Shown: one piece after another, positions 56,031 to 64,000 of the stretch
Layout of the letters: each line of letters opens with the position of its first letter
How positions within the stretch are numbered: position 1 is the first letter of the stretch
Source of the DNA: an uncultured Oscillospiraceae bacterium
Lineage (GTDB): Bacteria > Bacillota > Clostridia > Oscillospirales > Oscillospiraceae
DNA length: 64,000 nucleotides
Direction of reading: 5' to 3'
NCBI GenBank assembly: GCA_964553775.1
Contig: CAZKLU010000003.1
Location: 171-64,170, forward strand
Translations under genes and position numbers: made by a program
The notes under the pieces: generated by a model
Told to the model about the DNA's origin: nothing
Database searches by the model: none
What the model saw: only the letters and a program-made list of their open reading frames with translations

Positions 56031-57836
56031 CTATTCATCAAGCTTTAAAACAGCCATAAATGCTTCCGTTGGTATCTGAACCGTGCCAAGTGAGCGCATT
56101 TTCTTTTTGCCCTCTTTCTGCTTCTCCAGGAGTTTCTTCTTCCGTGTAATATCGCCGCCGTAACACTTGGCAAGAACATCCTTTCTCAGAGCTTTTACAG
56201 TCTCCCGCGCAATTATTTTGCCGCCGATTGCCGCCTGAATCGGAACTTCAAAAAGCTGACGCGGAATATTCTCCTTGAGCTTCTCACACAGCTTACGCGC
56301 TCTCGGATATGCCTTGTCCTTGTGCGCTATGAATGACAAAGCATCCACCTGATCGCCGTTCAGCAAAAGATCGACCTTCACCAGTTCAGATGGGCGGTAC
56401 TCTGAAAATTCATAGTCAAGAGAAGCGTAGCCCTTAGTTCTCGCTTTCAACGTATCGAAAAAGTCATATATTATCTCACCGAGCGGCATACTGTACCGCA
56501 GTTCCACAAGATTTGAATCGAGATACTGCATATCGCGGTATTCGCCGCGCCGTTCCTGACACATTGGCATGATATTTCCGACAAATTCCGGAGGTGTAAT
56601 GATTGACGCAGCTACATATGGTTCCGCTGTCTCAAGGATTGATGCCGGATCCGGGTAATTATGAGGATTGTCAACCATTAAAACATTTCCATCCGTCTTG
56701 GTTATTTCGTATATAACGGAAGGAAGAGTCGTTATAAGGTCAAGATCGAACTCACGTTCAAGCCGTTCCTGTATAATCTCCATATGAAGCATACCGAGAA
56801 ATCCGCAGCGAAATCCATAGCCCAGTGCCGCGCTCGTCTCCGGTTCAAACGACAGCGAAGCATCGTTAAGCTGCAACTTCTCAAGTGCGTCTCGCAAATC
56901 AGGAAATTTGCTGCCATCCTCGGTATATATGCCGCAGTACACCATCTGTCTCGCTGGTCGGTACCCGGGGAGCGGATCTTCAGCGGGAGAACTCGCAAGT
57001 GTAACAGTATCGCCTATCTGTGTATCACGGACATTTTTTATAGACGCAGTAAAGTAACCAACCTCCCCTGCCGTAAGCTCGTCACAAGGCTCATAACCTA
57101 TCGGCAGAAGATGTCCGCACTCTATAATCTGGTACTCCGCGCCGGATGCCATCATTCTTACCGTATCGCCTGTTTTGAGTGTTCCATCCATAAGGCGTAT
57201 ATATACTATAACTCCTCTGTATGAATCATATTGACTGTCGAAAATGAGAGCCTTCAGCTTCGCCTCCGGATCTCCCTTCGGCGGTGGAACACGGTCAATT
57301 ATTGCCTCCACCACAGATTCAATATTTATGCCATTTTTCGCTGAAATTGCCGGAGCGTCCTGTGCTTCTATTCCGATAACATTTTCAATCTCATCGCGTA
57401 CTCTCTGCGGATCCGCAGCGGGAAGATCGATTTTATTGATTACCGGCAGTATTTCGAGGTCATGATCCGCCGCCAAATACGCATTCGCCAGTGTCTGTGC
57501 CTCAACGCCTTGTGCCGCGTCAACAACGAGAACGGCACCCTCGCAGGCGGCAAGTGAACGCGATACCTCATAGCCAAAATCCACATGACCCGGAGTGTCG
57601 ATAAGGTTCAGCTCATATTTCTCACCGTTATCTCTCGTGTATAAAAGCCGCACTGCCCGCGCCTTTATGGTGATACCGCGTTCACGTTCGAGATCCATAC
57701 TGTCAAGAAGCTGATCCTCCATCTCACGTTCCGGCACAGCTCCGCAAAGCTCTATAAGCCGGTCGGAAAGCGTTGATTTGCCGTGGTCTATATGGGCGAT
57801 GATCGAGAAGTTGCGTATGTGCGTCCTGTCTGTCAT
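56031..57836 (-). CDS. lepA: Translation elongation factor 4 (LepA)
   Basis: [21 protein letters not shown] and the LepA-specific C-terminal domain. Start is ATG 57836 behind GAGGTGG; the ORF-track extension to 57980 is unlikely. Confidence 0.95.
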   Translation of the reverse strand: MTDRTHIRNFSIIAHIDHGKSTLSDRLIELCGAVPEREMEDQLLDSMDLERERGITIKARAVRLLYTRDNGEKYELNLIDTPGHVDFGYEVSRSLAACEGAVLVVDAAQGVEAQTLANAYLAADHDLEILPVINKIDLPAADPQRVRDEIENVIGIEAQDAPAISAKNGINIESVVEAIIDRVPPPKGDPEAKLKALIFDSQYDSYRGVIVYIRLMDGTLKTGDTVRMMASGAEYQIIECGHLLPIGYEPCDELTAGEVGYFTASIKNVRDTQIGDTVTLASSPAEDPLPGYRPARQMVYCGIYTEDGSKFPDLRDALEKLQLNDASLSFEPETSAALGYGFRCGFLGMLHMEIIQERLEREFDLDLITTLPSVIYEITKTDGNVLMVDNPHNYPDPASILETAEPYVAASIITPPEFVGNIMPMCQERRGEYRDMQYLDSNLVELRYSMPLGEIIYDFFDTLKARTKGYASLDYEFSEYRPSELVKVDLLLNGDQVDALSFIAHKDKAYPRARKLCEKLKENIPRQLFEVPIQAAIGGKIIARETVKALRKDVLAKCYGGDITRKKKLLEKQKEGKKKMRSLGTVQIPTEAFMAVLKLDE

Positions 57837-58049
57837 ATTCCACCTCGTCTGTTTTGTATACATAAACCGCGTTCCGCAACGGCGGAATATGCCCAATCCA
57901 AGCCCAAAATCCATTTCCGTGTTGAGCATATACGAACACTTATATGTGTTCACCGTTGCGGCAGCGAGTATAAACCGCAAATAACCGCAAATAAATTGAA
58001 AATTGATTTCCGCACCCGCCGCATATCGGAAACTGCCGTAATGCGTGGG

Positions 58050-58436
58050 TTACCTTCTCTTGCGTGAGCCGTGCCGCTCGGAATGCCTTTTTATATCTGA
58101 CTGCTTACTGTCGGATATCTTCATAAAGTGTTTGAGCTTATCCTCAAAATCATGATCCACCGAAACATTCTGCTGATTTTCCTCTGCGGGTTCCGGCTTA
58201 GGAGGCTCCGCAGCCTGCTTAATTGAGAGATTGATTTTGCTGCCATCAATACTCAACACCTTGACCGTAACCTCCTGTCCGACAGAGAGATAATCGGATA
58301 TGTTTTTGACAAATGCGTTGGTTATTTCAGATATGTAGACCAATCCCGATTTTCCGTTAGGCAGTTCCACAAACGCGCCGAATTTTGTTATACTCGTTAC
58401 CCTGCCCTTTACAATAGCGTCCTTTTCTAATTTCAT
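58050..58436 (-). CDS. S1 domain RNA-binding protein (YabR-like)
   Basis: [29 protein letters not shown]. Confidence 0.85.
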   Translation of the reverse strand: MKLEKDAIVKGRVTSITKFGAFVELPNGKSGLVYISEITNAFVKNISDYLSVGQEVTVKVLSIDGSKINLSIKQAAEPPKPEPAEENQQNVSVDHDFEDKLKHFMKISDSKQSDIKRHSERHGSRKRR

Positions 58437-58457
58437 TATCAGGCAAACCCTTTCCGT

Positions 58458-58736
58458 TTATCCAGCGTAATAAACTTCTTCACCGGGTTCCACCAGATTC
58501 AGCTTCTCCCGCGCTATATCTCGAATTACGTCATCGTCATCGCTGTTGTCTATAGCGTACTGCATTTCATCGTTTTCCACCGTCAGCTCCGCGACCTGTT
58601 TTTGAAGTTCTTCTGTTTGCGCCTGAGCATTTTCTATTTGCCCTCGCAGCCTTGACAGTGCCACTATCGCGTACACTGCCAACACCAGCAAAATCAGCTT
58701 CGTAAGTATACCTGTGCGTCTGAGACGCATTTCCAT
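58458..58736 (-). CDS. divIC: Septum formation initiator family protein (DivIC/FtsB)
   Basis: One TM helix followed by a coiled coil (QIENAQAQTEELQKQVAELTVEN..). There is a strong SD (GGAGGTG) before ATG 58736. Confidence 0.75.
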   Translation of the reverse strand: MEMRLRRTGILTKLILLVLAVYAIVALSRLRGQIENAQAQTEELQKQVAELTVENDEMQYAIDNSDDDDVIRDIAREKLNLVEPGEEVYYAG

Positions 58737-59187
58737 TCACCTCCACCCCTCGTGTGTGCTTTCGTCCATACTTTATTTTATACCATTTTATTGCTTTTGA
58801 AAAGACTTTTTTTGCTTTTTCCGCAAGAAATTTTGTCAATGTTTTCAATGGCTTCATGATGAATCCGATTGCTCTGACAATTTTTCCCGCAACATAGATC
58901 CCCAAGCGCATGACAAGTCTGCTAAACGTCAAAAAGTACACCGCCGCCGCCATAGAAGCTATGACCATGAATACGAGCCGCTGCTTTCCCTCGCCTATTG
59001 AAAGACCAAGTATAAAAAGTGAAATTGCGGCGAAAACCCAGAATCCAATGTCGGTTGCGGACGTCACAGCCACGTTATTGACCGTTCTTCGGATAACGCG
59101 GAACACATCGTACAAAAGTCCCGCGCATATTCCCAAAAGAGCGGAACATATAACACGCCATAGCTCGACCGATATTCCCACCCACAT
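58567..59187 (-). CDS. yabQ: Spore cortex biosynthesis protein YabQ. The C-terminal extent is uncertain.
   Basis: TM-rich N-terminal region of about 110 aa, in the conserved position after yabP. The last 57 or so codons overlap divIC out of frame and are R/G-rich. Confidence 0.65.
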   Translation of the reverse strand: MWVGISVELWRVICSALLGICAGLLYDVFRVIRRTVNNVAVTSATDIGFWVFAAISLFILGLSIGEGKQRLVFMVIASMAAAVYFLTFSRLVMRLGIYVAGKIVRAIGFIMKPLKTLTKFLAEKAKKVFSKAIKWYKIKYGRKHTRGVEVNGNASQTHRYTYEADFAGVGSVRDSGTVKAARANRKCSGANRRTSKTGRGADGGKR

Positions 59188-59190
59188 AGG

Positions 59191-59478
59191 CTATCGGAAA
59201 AGACGCGAGAAGAAGCCTCCGCGCTCTTCCTGCACGTCCTCGTACTCCACGCTGTCGATACTTCCGATTATCAACACATCACCGCTATCTACAGAAAGCT
59301 TCTCCATGTGCATATCATCACCGTGTACCGTGAGTTTTCCGAGGGTAGTTCCCATCACAACCTGCTGCTCATTGAAGCACTCAACTTCAGTAACGCCAGA
59401 TACCGATATGCGTCCGCGATTTTCAATCACTATATTATTATCAGCGGCGATATTATTTTGTTCCTCATACGACACCAT
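59191..59478 (-). CDS. yabP: Sporulation protein YabP
   Basis: ENRGRISVSGVTEVECFNEQQVVM.T..G.L.V.G..MH.EKL. Start is ATG 59478 behind GAAGGGGGAG. Confidence 0.85.
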   Translation of the reverse strand: MVSYEEQNNIAADNNIVIENRGRISVSGVTEVECFNEQQVVMGTTLGKLTVHGDDMHMEKLSVDSGDVLIIGSIDSVEYEDVQEERGGFFSRLFR

Positions 59479-59951
59479 TGACACTCCCCCTTCACACGAA
59501 CTAATAAGTTCGCGGATATAATTCGCGGCTTGTTGTTCACACATCGAAGACGCGAAACTCTGTAATTCCTCTGCTGTCCGCTCTTTGTGAACAGCCAGCC
59601 TCATATTGCTTCATGCAATATTTTATTAAGGAGAAAGTGTCTGTATTCATGAATAAAAACGGAAATCAATTTTTTCGTTAGTCTCGTGGAGTTTCATGTC
59701 GAAATGCGTGAAATAAAATCCGTACTTGTTTTTTGTCACGGCTATATCTGAGAACCATTGTCTGACAACAATGCCAAAGATAACCTTTCAACTTAGGAAC
59801 GCGGAGCCACAGACGGTGAGCGTATGGGATGCAGTGTGTTGGAAATGGAATAAATATGATTTCCGTAATAATAGGATCGTGCATTTCATCAACTGGAATA
59901 TGCCTATACCGCGCCGGAGCGTTCCGCAAAGCTCCGTTGCGCGGTAAACTG

Positions 59952-61598
59952 CTATTCAGCCGATATAATAAAGTAGTACACCGGCTGACCCCCGTTTATA
60001 ACAGTTATGTCAGCCGCCGGATAGCTTGCGGAAAGATGTTTCTCCACGAGCCGCGCCATTTCCTCATTTGCGTCCTCCCCGTAGAAAACAGTCAGCACCT
60101 CCGGATCAAATTCGCGCAGTGATGCCGAAACAGAACCGATAAGCGCGTCAATATCATCGGTAGATGTAAGAAGCGAACTCTCCAAAAGCGCGAGATATTC
60201 GCCCTCGTGTATCTCAACGCCGTCAAAAACCGAATCCCTTGCGGCGTATGTCACCATAGCCGTGTGGACATTGTCGCAAGCGTTTGACATAACTGTTTCA
60301 AGCTCTTCGGCACTCATCGACTCCTCAAAGCAGAACATAGCCGCAATTCCCTGCGGTATCGATTTTGACGGTATCACGACAACATTCTTTGTTGTCATAC
60401 GCTTACATTGTTGCGCCGCCATTATTATATTCTTGTTATTTGGCAGCACGAAAACTGTCTTTGCGGGTACGGAATTGACGGCGTTCAATATATCCTCCGC
60501 CGCCGGATTCATAGTCTGACCGCCTGTGACAAGAGCGTCAACTCCGAGATCCTTAAATACGTTTCCAATTCCGTCACCGGCACACACAGAGACAAAGCCG
60601 TACTGTTTAAGCTCCTTTTCATGCTCTTCTTCCTCGTCATCAAGCTCATCGGCACTCCTTGTCTTACGTCCCGCCGCAGCGTCCTGATACTGCAAGCGCA
60701 TATTCTCTATTTTGCCTATCTCAAGAGTACCGTACTTCTGCGCTTCAGACAAAGCGTTCCCCGGTATATCGGTGTGAACGTGTACCTTGAATGCCGTATC
60801 ATCCTCGCTGATAACAAGGCTGTCACCGATACTGTTGAGATACGCTTCAAGCGGCTTTACAGACTTGTTAGCAGTCTTTCTCACAATAAACACTGTATCA
60901 AATGTAAAGGTAATATCCTCGTCCGTGAACGCGGAAAACGCTGAGGTGCTTACCTTGGTGTCAGATACACTCCGTTTGACCGGTTCACCCTTGATAGCCG
61001 ACAACATTCCCCTGAGAATACAAAGATACCCCATAGCTCCAGCATCCACAACCTTCGCTTTCTTCAAAACAGGGTTCTGGGAAGTTGTTTCCTTGAGCGC
61101 GGCATCGCCGACTACTATCATGCGTTCAAAAAGACCCTCAAAATCATCGTTCTCCTTGACATAACTCTGCGCTGCCTCGGCTGTACGGCGTGAAACTGTC
61201 AATATAGTACCTTCAGTCGGACGCATAACCGCCTTATACGCCGCGCTCACACCGGAAGATAAAGCGTTCGCAAAGTCCTGCGCGTTTATCTGCTCAAGAC
61301 CGCGTATGGATTTATACATACCTCTGAAAATCAAAGACAGTATAACTCCGGAATTTCCCCTTGCGCCCCTTAGAAGTGCGCTTGCTACAACATCGGCACA
61401 GGCGGACACTGTAACAGTTCCACCCGCAGTCAGTGCCGTTACTCCGGAATTCAGTGTAAGACTCATATTTGTACCCGTGTCACCGTCAGGTACAGGGAAT
61501 ACGTTCAGCTCGTTGATTTGCTGCCTGTTCTGTTCAAGCAGTGCCGCAGCACTGGATAACATTACCTTATATAAGGCTGTGTCAATTATCTGTATCAA
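59952..61598 (-). CDS. DAK2 domain-containing protein (YloV-like)
   Basis: N-terminal Dak2 motif DGDTGTNM and a C-terminal DegV-like half. Confidence 0.88.
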   Translation of the reverse strand: MIQIIDTALYKVMLSSAAALLEQNRQQINELNVFPVPDGDTGTNMSLTLNSGVTALTAGGTVTVSACADVVASALLRGARGNSGVILSLIFRGMYKSIRGLEQINAQDFANALSSGVSAAYKAVMRPTEGTILTVSRRTAEAAQSYVKENDDFEGLFERMIVVGDAALKETTSQNPVLKKAKVVDAGAMGYLCILRGMLSAIKGEPVKRSVSDTKVSTSAFSAFTDEDITFTFDTVFIVRKTANKSVKPLEAYLNSIGDSLVISEDDTAFKVHVHTDIPGNALSEAQKYGTLEIGKIENMRLQYQDAAAGRKTRSADELDDEEEEHEKELKQYGFVSVCAGDGIGNVFKDLGVDALVTGGQTMNPAAEDILNAVNSVPAKTVFVLPNNKNIIMAAQQCKRMTTKNVVVIPSKSIPQGIAAMFCFEESMSAEELETVMSNACDNVHTAMVTYAARDSVFDGVEIHEGEYLALLESSLLTSTDDIDALIGSVSASLREFDPEVLTVFYGEDANEEMARLVEKHLSASYPAADITVINGGQPVYYFIISAE

Positions 61599-61638
61599 AC
61601 CTCATGCCTCCATCAATGTATATTCTTTTGCCGCGGTT

Positions 61639-61992
61639 TTAATCAAAGCTTATTGAGTCAACGAATACGTCCACACTTCGAACTTCCACGCCTGTTGTAT
61701 CTTTTACCTTATAGCGCACCTCATTTATAATGCTGGTACACAGAACAGGGATATTCACACCCTGATTCACGATGATATGAAGCTCTATAAGCACATAGGG
61801 TTCATCGCCGTAGGTGAGGTAAACTCCCTTGCCCATGGATTCACGCTTGAGAAGATGGACAAGACCATCCGTAACCGATCTCATTGCCATGCCCTTAACG
61901 CCAAAGCAGTTCATAGCGGCATCGCCCACGAGAGTAGTAAATACCTCAGAAGCAATGCTGATACAACCGAGATTGTTCTGAAACTTCACCAT
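61639..61992 (-). CDS. Asp23/Gls24 family envelope stress protein
   Basis: ISIASEVFTTLVGDAAMNCFGVKGMA. Start is ATG 61992 behind GGAGAG. Confidence 0.85.
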   Translation of the reverse strand: MVKFQNNLGCISIASEVFTTLVGDAAMNCFGVKGMAMRSVTDGLVHLLKRESMGKGVYLTYGDEPYVLIELHIIVNQGVNIPVLCTSIINEVRYKVKDTTGVEVRSVDVFVDSISFD

Positions 61993-62337
61993 AGAATCAC
62001 TCTCCAATTCGCGTATTTGATACCCGCAACGGTTCATCGCTCCGCAACAGGCTATTATATGCTCGCGCCGACGCGCCCGTCTATCTATGCGGCAGCTATC
62101 GGCACCAACTATATTATAAATCATTTTTCCGGAAACTACAAGAGGAAATTTGGGATTTATTTATGAATTTGTTGTGTAAACCGCTTCCTATCAGCCGCAG
62201 GGTCTGCTCACGCGCTGCCGAAACCTGTCAATTTCCTGAAGTGTACTCACAACCCCGCGCATATACAATGTACATTTTTACTCACGGGAACAGGAATTGA
62301 GTGTCAGAGCCGCACCGGATTTGCGGAAACAAAAGCG

Positions 62338-62405
62338 ATCTTTTTCGGGGCTTCTATTAGAAAAGCGCATTTTACAAATTCATGTGTAAAGCACCCGAAA
62401 AAGAT
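62338..62405 (-). terminator. Large-loop hairpin with T-rich tail downstream of pmbA
   Basis: Minus strand: ATCTTTTTCGGG-44 nt-CCCGAAAAAGAT (12-bp stem) followed by CGCTTTTGTTT. Confidence 0.4.
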
Positions 62406-62448
62406 TCCGCTAACCCTAAGATACAAAAATCTTCACGGCTTTCAGATC

Positions 62449-63783
62449 TTATCCGGCTATAGTCAGCCCTTCGACAAGAACCAGAGGTGAGCCAAAACAG
62501 GTTTTGCCTGTCGCCATTGGAAATTCGACCGTATCTGAAAGCCCCGTTATATTTTTCAGCAGATTGAAGAAGTTACCGGCAACTGTGAAGAGCTTCACCG
62601 GCTTCGTGAGTTTCCCGTTCTCTATAAGGAAACCACCGCATTGAAGTGAGAAGTCTCCGGATACCTCGTCCGTTCCCGAATGCGTTCCTCCCAGAGAGTC
62701 GATATATATTCCCTCCCCCACTCTATTCAAAAGCTCCTCTTCAGTCTCGCTGCCGGGTGCTATATACATACTGAAAAACCCTGTCTCGGTTGAAGACCAG
62801 TAGCTTGGTTTTGAAGCGTTGCCTGTTGAACCGCGGTTCTCCTTCGCGGCAGAAACAAGCGTATAAAGAAGTGTCTTCAGCACGCCGTTTTCTATGACAT
62901 TCTTCTTATAAGTTGGATATCCCTCATCGTCAAATGTTCTCGGCATAGGCGCACCGGGGCGCATTGGGTCGTCAACTATTGTTACAATTTCCGATGCCAC
63001 CACTGATCCGGCAGGAGCTTTCATTCCTCCTAAACCCTTTTGCACTCTTTCAGCGGAAAACACATCGTTGAACGCCCATAACATATCCTTCATAGCGGTC
63101 GGCGCGAACACTACCGGAATTGTGCCTGTGGGTGCCTTGCCCGCTCCAAGCTTCTTCAGTGCTTTCTGTACCGCGCTTTTCGTGGCGGTGTTTACATTGA
63201 AATCACCCGTTTGGAGTTCATACGCGACCTCTGTCTCGCCATTTTCCGCAACCTGCGCGGAAATGCCTAAAACTGACAACCCGTTCGAGTAGTCGAGATC
63301 AACACCGTTTGAATTGCATATAGCAACTCGTGTATTCTCAAAAGCCGCCTCGCTCAGTGAGCCGTCAACAATTCGGCTGTCGGCTTTATAAAGCTCGTTC
63401 TGGCAGTCAAGAAGAAGATTCCGCACCTTATCAACAGACGGGAGCTGCAAATCTGAGTTTTTAATCTCCGCGTATGTGCCACTGCCATTATAAATTATAG
63501 CCGGATCGTCAATATCTATAGACTTCGCGTTGCTGACGGCTCTGTTTACCAACGATACTGCCTCATCCGCCGTCAGCTTTTCGGTTGACGCACTCCCGAT
63601 TTTGCCGTCAGCTATTACTTTCAAGCAAACGCCGCCCTCATATACGCAACTCATCTCCGAAATCTCCGCCTTGAATGCCGATGCCGAAATACTGTCGGTG
63701 GTGCTGTAATAAATTTCAAAGCTCTCAACTTCGGCGTTTTTCGCGGCTTCTATAACAAGATTCTTAAATTCTGTATAATCCAT
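62449..63783 (-). CDS. pmbA: TldD/PmbA family metalloprotease (PmbA-like)
   Basis: Family-typical C-terminal region: GGTHSGTDEVSGDFS, GFLIENGK, and the closing TIAG. Confidence 0.85.
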   Translation of the reverse strand: MDYTEFKNLVIEAAKNAEVESFEIYYSTTDSISASAFKAEISEMSCVYEGGVCLKVIADGKIGSASTEKLTADEAVSLVNRAVSNAKSIDIDDPAIIYNGSGTYAEIKNSDLQLPSVDKVRNLLLDCQNELYKADSRIVDGSLSEAAFENTRVAICNSNGVDLDYSNGLSVLGISAQVAENGETEVAYELQTGDFNVNTATKSAVQKALKKLGAGKAPTGTIPVVFAPTAMKDMLWAFNDVFSAERVQKGLGGMKAPAGSVVASEIVTIVDDPMRPGAPMPRTFDDEGYPTYKKNVIENGVLKTLLYTLVSAAKENRGSTGNASKPSYWSSTETGFFSMYIAPGSETEEELLNRVGEGIYIDSLGGTHSGTDEVSGDFSLQCGGFLIENGKLTKPVKLFTVAGNFFNLLKNITGLSDTVEFPMATGKTCFGSPLVLVEGLTIAG

Positions 63784-63795
63784 AATACGTCCCCC

Positions 63796-64000
63796 TTATC
63801 TTCCGCCTACAGTCATGTTTTTCACTCGTATGAGCGGCTGACCCACATTAACCGGTATCATCCCGCTTGAGGAGCCGCACATACCCTGACCCAAAACCAT
63901 ATCGGTTCCTATCATATCTATATCCATCAATATATGGCTGCCCGTTCCAACGAGCGACGCTCCGCGAACAGGCTCCGCGATTTTGCCGCCGCGTATCATA
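63796..64000 (-). CDS. tldD: TldD/PmbA family metalloprotease (TldD-like). Only the C-terminal end lies in the window.
   Basis: IRGGKIAEPVRGASLVG...GMCGSSSGMIPVNVGQPLIRVKNMTVGGR. The gene runs off the window edge. Confidence 0.7.
   Translation of the reverse strand, partial: MIRGGKIAEPVRGASLVGTGSHILMDIDMIGTDMVLGQGMCGSSSGMIPVNVGQPLIRVKNMTVGGR

Overview
This 64-kb window looks like core chromosome of an endospore-forming Firmicute of class Clostridia. It carries sigK with a pro-sequence, spoIIID, spoIIP, yabP, yabQ and divIC, and all riboswitch and leader types are Gram-positive. Almost all of it is densely packed housekeeping DNA. I found no rRNA, CRISPR array, transposase, integrase, phage genes or recognisable defence system.

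Content in order:
- A transmembrane Ser/Thr kinase with a large leucine-rich-repeat (LRR) ectodomain, followed by a protein made only of SLH domains.
- An initiator tRNA-fMet and a family-6-like DNA glycosylase.
- A five-gene Opp/Dpp-type ABC importer in which every component is unusually long.
- A phoH-nudix-M32 carboxypeptidase-ybeY-era-recO block.
- A DUF1624 membrane protein, a tandem-Nudix protein, a tandem-DUF1599 protein, a preQ1-I riboswitch with queT, and galU.
- An AT-rich 1.6-kb decayed gap containing a TetR pseudogene.
- An M16C peptidase with a long structured leader, then sigK, spoIIID and a P-loop ATPase.
- clpC, a mcsA-like gene and ctsR, with a textbook promoter and operator but no mcsB.
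- A decayed surface-protein pseudogene.
- feoA-feoA-feoB and a Cys-rich membrane peptide, behind a promoter carrying a 32-bp palindrome.
- A histidine phosphatase, rsmA and spoIIP.
- A TSCPD (TIGR03905) protein, an 81-aa protein and a HAD phosphatase.
- A DUF1858 protein, a fused trmK-NIF3 gene, an ECF transporter S component and coaX.
- A valine T-box leader with valS.
- A VWA membrane protein and a zinc-ribbon/disordered protein downstream of lepA.
- yabR-like, divIC, yabQ, yabP, yloV-like, asp23, and pmbA/tldD.

Nothing here is a clear-cut new system. The most unusual items are:
- the LRR receptor-like kinase;
- a rod-like element of about 205 nt plus an anti-Shine-Dalgarno (anti-SD) hairpin upstream of the M16C peptidase gene;
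- a 10-17-nt motif, CGGAAATCAA(TTTTC), that recurs only in intergenic DNA;
- the zinc-ribbon/VWA gene pair;
- the mcsB-less ctsR operon;
- the trmK-NIF3 fusion.

All calls rest on reading the sequence and on motif recall. No database search was run.
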